DNA of 60,726 nucleotides, the filler included, from Hausera hauseri (Eukaryota): assembly GCA_046269625.1 (NCBI GenBank). It is 11 parts of 11 records of this genome, joined end to end, with 100 filler letters (N's around TTAATTAATTAA, not from the genome) between each part and the next. Parts side by side here need not be neighbours in the genome. Positions count along the whole stretch, not along the records: positions 50,057 to 56,674 come from JBJURY010081214.1; positions 56,775 to 60,726 come from JBJURY010862853.1; 9 more parts are not named here. One strand, 5' to 3'. The notes beneath the pieces are model-generated. The model did not search any database. It had not been told where the DNA came from and saw nothing but the letters and a program-made list of their open reading frames with translations. Every line of letters begins with the position of its first letter. The first letter of the stretch is position 1. Positions 50,440-60,726 of this stretch are shown in pieces. The position numbers and the translations under genes were made by a program.

Positions 50440-51860
50440 AAAAAAGTACAGCAACAAAATATCTTTGAATATGCCAGGATTGCCGCAGACCGAACAGAAA
50501 ATGTAAATAAAACCATGGTACAGATGCTGTATTGGTCATTTTTTCTTTACATTGACATTTGGCAATCGTCAACAATTCAATGCTTTTCTAAATGTTGTTT
50601 TGTTGACATTTTCAGTTTGTTTCTACTTTTTGCATTGGCAACAACCATTTTTTGGATTTTTTACGGTTAGCAGCAACCCTGTTATTTCGAGAACATTTGA
50701 TTGTTTTTCATTGGCCAATTCATTCTACTTTCACTTTACGATTTAGGTTTTAGTTTCACTTTCGGTTTGCTGATTATGGTAAGTTGGGTTCTTCCAAGTT
50801 TTTTTTTAGTTTTAATTTTTCCGATTTGAAAATGCCTTCGGTGTTTAGTGTTGTCAGTAAGTTTCAAGGTATTTTTTCACAGAATTTCAGGATGAAATTT
50901 TCAAATAATACACCAATTTTGGGTTTCAATGGAGTAGATAACTTAATGTTTTACATGGGATACTTGTGCCAGGATAGGGAGTTGGTTTTGGATTTTTTGA
51001 GAGAAGCAGTGCTTATTAAATCGGAAATGGTTTGTTTTAAGTGCAATTATGTACCAAAAACGCATTTCTGATGGTTTAGTTTAGATTTGTAGGATGCATC
51101 CACTGAAGTTCTTTTTAGGTAACGTAAGACCAGCAGTTTATGGAAAACAGTGATGCTACAGTCAGCATATTCATGGTGTAGTTGGCAATGCGTGCATCCA
51201 CTGAAGTTTTTTTAGGTAATGTAAGACCAACGGTGCATGCAGAGCAGAACTGTCATTATTTGAAATTTATTTCATTTTTCCTTTTTTTATAACCCTCAAA
51301 TGTTTTATGTTTGCTATATATTTCATTCTAGAAGTGTTTCATTTTATACTTAAAAGTGACATTTATGTATTTCATTTTGGATACTTTTTTCTCTCTCCAC
51401 AAACGCATGTTAATATTCCTTTTATTTTTCATTTCTTATATTTCTGTATTTCTTACTATTATTTACTTCAACTCTTAAAAAAACAGCCTTTTCTGCCAAC
51501 ATGGCCGACAAAATGTGGGCACGATATGTCTTGGTGACACACGCAAAAAAAAAAAAAACACCAAATGACCAATACTGCATCTGTCCCAAAACCATTTTAA
51601 CAGTGTATCCCCATGTTGGTGCTCACCAAGAAAAATGCTGCCAAAAAAAGGCACAATACTGCATCTGTACCAAAAAATACAATGTATTTTTACATTATAA
51701 AAAAAAAAGGCAACAAAATATCTTCAGATATGCCAGGATTGCTACAGATGAACAGAACCAACTTCTAACATAAACAAAACCACATTCAATAATTTATCAC
51801 CAAGTTGGCGGCTGCCAAAATAAGGACAATACTGCATCTGTACCCCCAAATTATTTGCAA
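50440..51860. mobile_element. Non-autonomous DNA-transposon-like element with direct and inverted subrepeats; possible Merlin/ISXO2-like relic
   Basis: caacaaaatatct..atatgccaggattgc repeated at 50452 and 51711; aatactgcatctgt x3 with an inverted copy at ~50520; FLREAVLIKSEMVCFKC at ~51000. Confidence 0.45.
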
Positions 51861-53247
51861 TATACAATGTTATTCCTTGCATTGTACAATAGCTTGTTAA
51901 TATTAACACAATATTAAATTTACAGAGCTTCCAAATCAAACATTTAATTTCTATTTAATATGGTAATCAATAAAATATTTCTAAAGCTTCAACATGAAAT
52001 ATCTGTCCCTTAAGTATTCCAAACATTTAAAAGAAGAAGTATTAAATGCCAATTTACATTTTAATCATTTAAAATTCATATTTACATTTTTTAATATTAT
52101 AGATTCATTTAGATAATATTGTCTCAATGTAGCTTAATTCCCCTCCCTCCTTACCCTGCTAAGAAGTATTTTTTTAAAGCTTTTAAAATTGTGTAATTTA
52201 TAAAATAAACTAATTCACATGAAATAGGAACCAAATTAATGAAAAATATTTTGTTTTTTCGGTTTTTTAGATACGTGTATTCCAAGGATAAAACAAAATC
52301 ATTTAAAAAAAAAACATGTTATTTACTTCCAAGTTACTGATTGTACACTCCAAAAGTTTGTTCATCATCTAAACAAAAACATATTTACTTATCTGTGGGT
52401 ATTCTATTTACACCTTCGCGGGATCTGGGTAAAGAAATTGTCACAGGAGTTTGATTGTAAATATAAATAATAAGCAAACATGCCACAATAAAGTATTTAA
52501 CTGATATGTATATTTATTATCACTATTTAAAGATAGTTTTTATTTGTTTATGTATTGTTAAGCTTAGGAATCGTTCTAACGGTGTGAATAAACAATTAAA
52601 TTTAATATCACACTAATGCACTCAAGAAGTGCTAGGCTTAACACATAAACGAATAAAAAATATCTTTAAATTATTATAATAAACATACTACTCTGGTAAA
52701 ATATACATAATGTTTTAAAATATGTGAAAGCACGGTCTGAAATAGATGAATGTGTATTTACATACCTCGAAATTACTTTAATTATACGGAGTAGTATAAT
52801 ACTCCATGACCTCCATGATCTTATCCCGCGAAATGAGTCAAGATGGTTGATTGGTTCGATGATATGAAGTCATTCGTTCTTCAATGAAACAGAATTGATA
52901 ATTGTAAATTGATGGACTAGCGTTTTCTGATAACGGTCCATGTTTATGTTAGAAATAGTAGAACTGACACTTTCAGTAATGTGCTTTTCTGCAAAGATTG
53001 TTATATATATATTTTTTGGGGGGAATATTTTCAAAATGTGCAGACTTTTTTTTTAATTGTTGTTTAAATAAGGCAAAAATTTAAAAAAGAAAAGAATACT
53101 TTTGCTATGTCTACTGAAAAGCGATTTAGATTTATAATATAGAAATATAGGATCATTCACAATAGAAAGTACAATAGTTACGAATTATGTACGAAACAGA
53201 AATTGAATATTTCTGTGCTTAAATTTATTATTTCTCGAACGTATATT

Positions 53248-53828
53248 GGGCCTCCGAGAGGAATTTGGGGGTCTGGGGCAACCAAGATTTTCGGGGCCAT
53301 AGGAATAAGCAGTGGCATAAATAAGGTGGGCTACACCCCCTGCAACCAGCTTTTTTGCGCCCCTACATATCACACTGCTTGTTCACTTTCAAGGATTTCG
53401 TTTTGCGATCGTGAATTCTTCTGGAAAAACGGCAAACTGCCCGATAATTTTAACAACGGGGGCGGAGGCAAATATTCTCCTTTCAGTACTCACATCCACA
53501 AATTTTCTATTTTAACACATGTATGTGTGTGTGTGTGTGGGGGGGGGTAACTTACTTTTTTCTCCTTTAACCCACTGAGTCACATCCACATGCAAATTTC
53601 CTATTTTTCCTATTTTCAGTGACTTTCAGAGTCGCATCCGCATCAACAAATTTTCTATCTTGACAACGGTCGGGAGGGCAATATCTCACGAATCACCAAT
53701 TATCAAAACCGTCGTTATTTACCCCTCCAGGAATAGAATGAAGTAATGTATCAAAGCCTTCGGACGCCCTTAATGCCTCGGATGTCTGGGGGCAAATTCC
53801 CTCAATTGCCCCCCTCTGGACGGCCCTG
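53248..53828. mobile_element. hAT-type MITE(s), probably nested
   Basis: 3' end ..CCCCCCTCTGGACGGCCCTG; degenerate 5' end GGGCCTCCGAGAGG. Confidence 0.45.
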
Positions 53829-54189
53829 AATATATATCACCAACGGATTCTAAATTCTGAAGTGTAAAATATTTCCAATGTAACAGACAATATTTGTTGT
53901 TGTTGTTACTTATCCATCTTGTCCAGCCAAAAGCTAGCCATGAGCCCATGAAATTTGAAGTCCAGTACCAGAACAGGACAAACAAGGAAATCCCTCTTAT
54001 CCATGCCCATACAAGAAAGTAGATATCCGGGGGAGGAATAGTTAATACTGCATCTTAGACAGATGGGAAAGGTACTGAGCCACTGGTCGAAATCGAGACA
54101 TTTCAAATGACCACTGACAAATCTGGAAATTGTGGTCTATTGAAATACGTTGCTCTCAAAAGAAAAGGCACCCCTGTACATTTATGATC

Positions 54190-54380
54190 CTACCAGTCGT
54201 GCGGCGGGGGGTAACCTCCAAGAATAAAGGATAGATAAATTCTCTCTTGAGGAGATCTCCTGATAGGTCAAGGTGCTAGTGGTCAGATCCATAGTAGAAA
54301 CCTTCTTAACCAAGCTATCACCCATTTCGTTGCCATTAATTCCTATATGGGCGGAATCCACTGAAAGAATGCATAACGTT
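54190..54380 (-). mobile_element. Non-LTR retrotransposon RNase H relic
   Basis: (Q)WI/AHIGINGNEMGDSLVK matches the QWIPAH.GI.GNE.AD.LAK motif. Confidence 0.8.
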
Positions 54381-54497
54381 ATGCGTTCTTTCAGTGGATT
54401 CCCGCCGCACGATGTCGTACTCCATCGTACGATGCAGGGAGAGATCCCGCAGTGCTCTCGGGATCGAAATAGAAGCTGGGTCACTTATCTTACAGCC

Positions 54498-54665
54498 CAG
54501 GGCCGTCTTAACGCATGGGCCCACCTGGGCACTGCCCAAGGGCCCCAAGTGAATCGGAGCCCAGTAAACCCATGGAATCCTATGTACGTTGCATGTAAGG
54601 ACATTGGATAGGGACCGAATGGATTACTTTGCCAAGGGGCTCACAATATTGCTAAGACGGCCCTG
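54498..54665. mobile_element. hAT-type MITE (168 bp)
   Basis: 13-bp perfect TIR CAGGGCCGTCTTA/TAAGACGGCCCTG; 8-bp TSD TTACAGCC/CTACAGTC (6/8 match). Confidence 0.88.
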
Positions 54666-56774
54666 CTACAGTCCCCCTCCCCCATCCAAAATGAGTACAT
54701 TTGGAAAGTTTACTTATTTCATTGCAGAAAAGTACGTATACATGGACACTTTTCGAGTTCTCATCCCTCTCTGAAAATAATCCTGGCTACGCTACTGCCT
54801 GGACCAGTTCCTCAAATGCTGGATGGCACTGTGGCTATCAGTTATGATCCAACTATCGTCAAAGGCGATGCAAGAAGAAGTAGCCTTTAAAATCCTCCTC
54901 AATAGCAATAAGCTGCGATCTAAAAACTGAGCAATGGTCAGGATTTCTAAATTTGAAGTCCAAAGTGGGAGAAGATGCCTTTACAGAAACACCACTACCA
55001 CAGTTATGATGGTCGCCTCTGCTTCCATCCGTGAAAATTTGAAGAGTACCAGGGTTGTGGCAAAAAAGCTAGATAGAAGAATAAAATTGCTGAAATAAAA
55101 TTTCAAGACATTTTATTGAAGAGGAAATATGTTGTCCTTCCTAAAAATCAGGATATCATTAAACTGTAATTAATATTTTTCAATGGATAGGCTGGTAAAG
55201 TGTTTAAACCTGTTTTTCTCAAAAAGTTAATTTTTCAAGTTCGTGTACCTTTTTCTAATTACCTATCAAACCTAGAGACTTAAAATTTTTGTCATATGCA
55301 TATTATACTTTTAAATATTTTAATCGAAGGATTTTGCACTTTGATGAAAAATAAATTTTTGAGAAATCTTAATGTGGTGAAAATCTTATTCTGAAAAGTA
55401 ACCTTCAGTAAAATATTTCTATAAAATTATATTCTTAACATAGAAAGAAAGTAAGCTGTTAAAATGTGTAAAATATCTCTCTCTAACAGTCGTAAAAAAT
55501 TTGTAAGCTTAACTACAATCTCTGAGAAAAAGGTACATGAAAATGATGAATTTAAGATGGCGAAGATAGAAACTTCTCAGTCCCCTTGAAAGAATATCAG
55601 AATTAAAATTTTAAAATAACTATGTAAGCATTTAAAATGCATAGTTATATAAACTTATATTTGATAACATGTTATAGTTTTTTTTTTACGAAATTGTTTA
55701 CTAGTTTAACAAGGAAATGTAACCTCTTTTTCTTCTGTTATAGTGAAAATTTGATTTGTTCTTTATTTTCTCGAAAAATTATGGTGACCCCTTAAATATA
55801 TAATATACAGTATAGATCAAAAGGTATCCACTTACCACAATTAAATGAAGCATGAGTAATTAAACGATAAAAACAGGAATATTTGTAGTTAAAAATGACA
55901 ACGTTTTTGTACAGGAAGCTAATAATATCGAAAATTAAAAAGCAAATTCTGGTTCATGTTTGAGGGAATGCATTTGAATTAATGGTATTTATTCTATTAT
56001 TTTCTTTTAAAATGGCTGTAAAAATATTTTCTTTGATTAATATAATTGACATATAAACACTGGTGCATAAATACAATATAATTAAAATTAAACATTGAAC
56101 TTACACTTATGCATTGTCAACCCGGTATACATAAATTCAATGGAATTTGTCACCCGTGGAATTCTTTCGTTTACTTTCGAACATTTTTAGTATCTGATGG
56201 GAATTTTTATTAGTAATTATGTTTTTGGCACATCTTAATGGTCCATGAATTGTTCAATGAAATTGTATTTGTAGATTGGCATATTGTGACATACTCTTCA
56301 GTTGTTCAAACTATCAGATTATTTGATGTTGTCCATTAATTACAAGCATCTTTAAATATTTAAAAAGGTTACAAACACCGCGGTATAATTTTTATGATTT
56401 GACAAAGTCGCTGTCAGTTTTTTTGATTAAAATTCGAGTTAATAACAAAGTTTACTGGAATAAAATGTGATTTTAGGATTTTATAAAGTATCAACGATGT
56501 TTAAAAATTTTAAAATCACTGTAAAAAATTTAATATTTTTATTGAGCGTCAGGGCAACGTTAAAGTTTTTATATTCAAATAATTTAAAATGTTTTACGTT
56601 TGCCGTTAATTACACAATAGAAAATTACACAGTAAAAAGGGTTTCAACCAATTAAAATTTACTTCGAAAAGTTGNNNNNNNNNNNNNNNNNNNNNNNNNN
56701 NNNNNNNNNNNNNNNNNNTTAATTAATTAANNNNNNNNNNNNNNNNNNNNNNNNNNNNNNNNNNNNNNNNNNNN

Positions 56775-59150
56775 GAGGAAAGGCAGCTGTTGATGCCTTG
56801 CGTGGATGGAAGCCGGATATTCCATATCCACCTCCAGTATGTATCCCGTATGTCCAGTGGGATCCAGGTCCAGTATAGGGATGTCTTCAGATTCTCGACT
56901 CATTTGAAGTTATCATATGGCAGTGGGACGCTCATTGCATATCCATACAAGTTGTTCGCATTCAGGCATGATATACATGAGGATTCCTTGGATGAGTCGT
57001 ATTCGGCCATATACTTGTTATTGGCCTCGCTATACCGGTGAATTTCCTGGCATATTCCGCCTCTAATGCCTCTCTCTATCATAAGGATCATGTCGTAATA
57101 CTTAATGACCTGCAGCTTTATGCCGGTATGTTTCAGCATTGCTCTCCAACTCATCCCTGGAACCGTAAAGAAATGAACCGGATCCAATGCATGGCTCTTC
57201 ACTGTAACATCCCTGAAGCCGTGAAAGACATCTTTCAGCAGGAGTACACCCGTCTTGAGGTATATGTCGATGTATTCCCCTATTGTTCGGCATTGGAACG
57301 CATGCTAGACATTCTGGGCATGTTGATAGTCAGCATCACTGATATCGCAATAAGAAAGGATATTGTAAAAGTCCTTCTTGTCCGGCAATGAGGTCTCATC
57401 CAATGTTTCCCATGAAGTTATATAGTCATAAGGAAACACGCCTTTCCTTTTGACTAGGTCAAAGGTAGTGAGGAAGATTCTCTTCGTCTCCTTGAGTTCT
57501 TCTGCAGGGAGGTTCTTCACTAAACTATCCAGTGACATGCTCATGAAGCGGAAGCTCTCTATGAAGCGAAGTCGGATTTTACCAACATGCTTAGTGAAAG
57601 TGATATACTTCTCCTCACTGTTGGGGATCACATCCATGTTTCCTTTAATGCTGCCCAGTTCCCGAACAATGACATGGGAATCATAACCACTGAGATTATG
57701 GAACACCACAGGCACATATGTACATGTTTTGCAGCGTAGATTGCAGTTTTTGCATGCTGCCCATCGATATGCACCTGTAAAATGGCAATGATCCCTGATT
57801 TTATAATTATCCTTATTGAACGATTTTGAGCACAAGTAACATGTTGTTGCCTTGCGCCATTCTTCTTGCTGCTTCAACATGCTCATATTATCCTTATGCT
57901 GTATATCTCCAATCCTATGAGCGATGTCTTCAAGTCTCTTCATGAAATGTGCTGTTGCACCTGGACCTCTGAATAAAAATGGTTCACTGTCCAGTCCTTT
58001 GGCATACATGCAATATAATGAGAGTTCATGATATTGGAATGCCGTTGTCTGCTATGTTGAGGATTGGGAGTGCATGTCTGAACTGGCCTGAGAATAGTTT
58101 CAAAATCGCAATAGACGACAATTGGGACCTTGAGCTTCGTCTCGAACTCCGTGAATTCAATATAGTCCTCCATGGGAAATTCTGGCCTTACACAGTAATT
58201 GTTGCTACAGTATATTTTGTGCTCTGCAAGCTTGTCCACGACCTCATCGCCGCTGAAATGGGAAAAGCATCGTTTACATATTTTGATTCTTGTTGTGTGT
58301 TTCGTAATTTGGGATTTGACTAGACGCTCAAAGTTCTTGATCCAAACATAATGTTTCTTTTCTCCACCGTCTAGCAGGAGCAGATCCATATGATCTTCCA
58401 ATTCAACATCGCATATCTGCAGGAAATAGAATTTGTCCTCATCATCCAATCCAATTATGTTGATGGACATGTTGTTGATTCAAGTGAACTTTTTAATTTC
58501 ATCTATGGATGGAGGGAATGTGATACACTGGAAGTTATAGTTGTGCTGCACATCCTTACATAGCCAAACTCGATCTGCTGAATGTTTTTGATCCTGTACG
58601 AGTTTATATAAAATGGCATACATGAAACATTTGTCATCATTAAGGTCACTGACACATGCCTTTTTATTAGCAATCCATTCAAGAAGCTGTATATGGGAGC
58701 TGTCCCGCATGGAAGAGTACTTGTGCACATACACAATCAGTCTCTTGATGATTGACAGAGTCCATCCGCTCTTCTTATCCTGGCTTTATCGGCTTCACGG
58801 ATCAGCTTCCTATATTCCTCTTTAAGCCATTCCACTATATTGGTGTTTTTCAATAAGGGTCTATTTCTGGCCTTGAAGGCTCTTTTAGACTCTTCGCCAT
58901 CAACATTGACGTATGTGGCCTCCAGTTTCATATTAGTCGTCATGACCTTGAGATCAGCTATGTTGTCCTGGAAAATCCCCTCTGTTTCTTCCTCTGTGTA
59001 CTCCAGGAACTCCTTGATGGTTGTTTGACCAGTTGCATCAATGGCATATTTGCGGTATTCCCTCTTTAAAGCTGCAGCGTAAACTGGCCGCTGTCTTTGA
59101 CTGTTTGATGGAGCTGCTGCGCCTGATGCGCCTGATACGCGTTTTAGTCC
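56775..59150 (-). pseudogene. Polinton/Maverick (adintovirus-like) protein-primed DNA polymerase B with endonuclease VII-like insert, frameshifted
   Basis: SGWTL..NKKAC..NDDKCF; HYVWIKNFERL; VYCDFE; RDHCHFTGAYR..CN; FHNLSGYDSH; RKGVFPYDY; GIRGG; LNANNLYGYAMS..LP. Confidence 0.92.
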
Positions 59151-59170
59151 TCATCTGGCCGTACTGCAGG

Positions 59171-59688
59171 CTATGGTACTGCAGTCTGTGCTGCCAAAGC
59201 AGGATGCTGCTCATTAAATATGACCTTCTTTGACTTTGATGCGAAGTCAGTCAAATGATGTTTGTGACCTTCATAAAACTGTATGTATTCTCCATCACAT
59301 ACAGTCTCACATCCTGGGCAGATATAATAGATGATCCTATTGAATTTGTGTCCATAATAGGTCCTCATGGTATTGTGACAATTCTGAGGGTTGTGTATTG
59401 TACATGTGCAATACACATATGAACTGCATCTTTGATTATCCTTTGGCATGAAAGTCGTCATTGGCATATTGGTACTGAATATTTGTTTTTCGACTTAGCG
59501 AAGGAAATCACGTGCTGCTTATGGATATTGTAAAAGCCGTCATAATTGGTTTGGCACACTACCTCACATGTAGGGCATACATAATACTGAACCCTGTTAT
59601 AAATATGGCTAAAGTACATTTTCATAATACTGTGGCAATTTTCAGGCTCATGGATTTGAGAAAAGCAATCTCTGTAAAGTTTGCACAT
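59171..59688 (-). CDS. Two tandem paralogous Cys/His-rich domains upstream of pPolB
   Basis: Both ORFs share IH.P.NCH..M..Y..H..NR..YY.CP.CE.VC...FY..HK.H...FA..K. Confidence 0.7.
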
Positions 59689-59839
59689 CTAAAAATCAAC
59701 CAATTATTTGAGGAAAACAATTAAAAAACTCACCATTCGTTGAAGTGATTTTGGAAATAATGAAAAATATAGCCATATCATCATGTACTGCCCCGCTTAT
59801 TGATTGGTTTTAATGCATAAATTAAATACTTGGCGGCGC

Positions 59840-60590
59840 CAAATTCGATTAGGTTCTCGAACATGTGGATTCGAAAGACGTCATTAGATTCTTCGAATAA
59901 TGCATGCTTGATCGAATATTCGAGTTCGAATAGCTAATTATTCGACTTGAAAGCTCAAATTAAAATATCCAACATCATGTTCCGATTCGGCATATATGCT
60001 TTCTTATCCATCTCCGCTATTAGATTAATCGATTTCCGCTTCACTGGGCTTTAAATTCACATTTTGCTTAATTAGAAATATTGATTTTATATCTACATAG
60101 TACATTTTCCTAGAATAGCTTTAGTGCATAAGGGCGTATTCGAATATGCAGAATCGATTGCCGTTGTTAGATTTTTCGTATAGTTTGAAGTTCGATATTC
60201 CAGCTCAAAAATATTCCAATTTCGATTATTCGACTCGATATTTGAGATCACCATATTCGATTTCCTATCTTTGTCCGATAATTATAATATCGAATTTTGA
60301 TTTCTTAGAACTTAAAAAGCCTTTGGAAAGACTGTCTCAGTTGCACTTGGGATCGATATTATTCGAAAACTAATCGATAAATTAAATTCTAACTGCACAT
60401 TCATATAGTGTGCTATGGTTTTGTTCGAGTGCACTCGGTCATATGTCCTAATCATCAATATTTGAAATGTCGGAAATTCGATATTATTGATTTTTACACA
60501 CTTGCACGTGTTTTTGCATTGAACAGTATATATCAAGCTGCATCTCGATGTTCTCTATCTACCTGCATTTGACTCCATTCGATTCCATCA
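59840..60590. repeat. TCGA-rich degenerate repeat region upstream of the pPolB locus
   Basis: Very high density of ttcga/atcga/tcgaa motifs. Confidence 0.5.
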
Positions 60591-60726
60591 ATCCTACGCT
60601 GCACAGTAACAAATACGTGAAAAGTGAAAAAGTGCCTTAGCAACCATATCCAAGAGCACAGCTGACTCGAGTATTGCGCTGAACGATAGTACATCAAGTA
60701 CTGCATCCGCCAGTATATGTGCCATA

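Overview
This is AT-rich eukaryotic (invertebrate-like) DNA, not prokaryotic. It consists of 11 contigs joined by ten artificial 100-nt N44-TTAATTAATTAA-N44 linkers, so adjacency across linkers means nothing. Most of the content is decayed mobile or viral DNA: three copies of one Ty3/Gypsy family, a second Gypsy, an env-bearing LTR element, an endogenous CRESS-DNA virus Rep, a Polinton/Maverick-type protein-primed PolB, a pogo transposase, LINE relics, hAT-type MITEs and tandem repeats. Host genes are a UBR4 fragment and an ERMP1-like pseudogene. Three features stand out. (1) An array of RING-finger terminal exons on the minus strand (6241-8030) sits just behind a retroelement primer-binding site. 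The four complete exons each start with a phase-1 splice acceptor and end with their own stop and AATAAA, and one upstream phase-1 leader exon (donor AG|GTAAGT at 8399/8398) fits all of them. This looks like an alternatively spliced E3-ligase cassette carried by an LTR element. (2) A Gypsy family has a Gag that begins with a ubiquitin-like domain ending in LRGG, seen in two diverged copies. (3) A gag + unknown ORF + chuvirus-like glycoprotein element has no pol between gag and env and shares its PBS with the RING cassette. All family assignments come from motif recognition by eye; no database searches were run.
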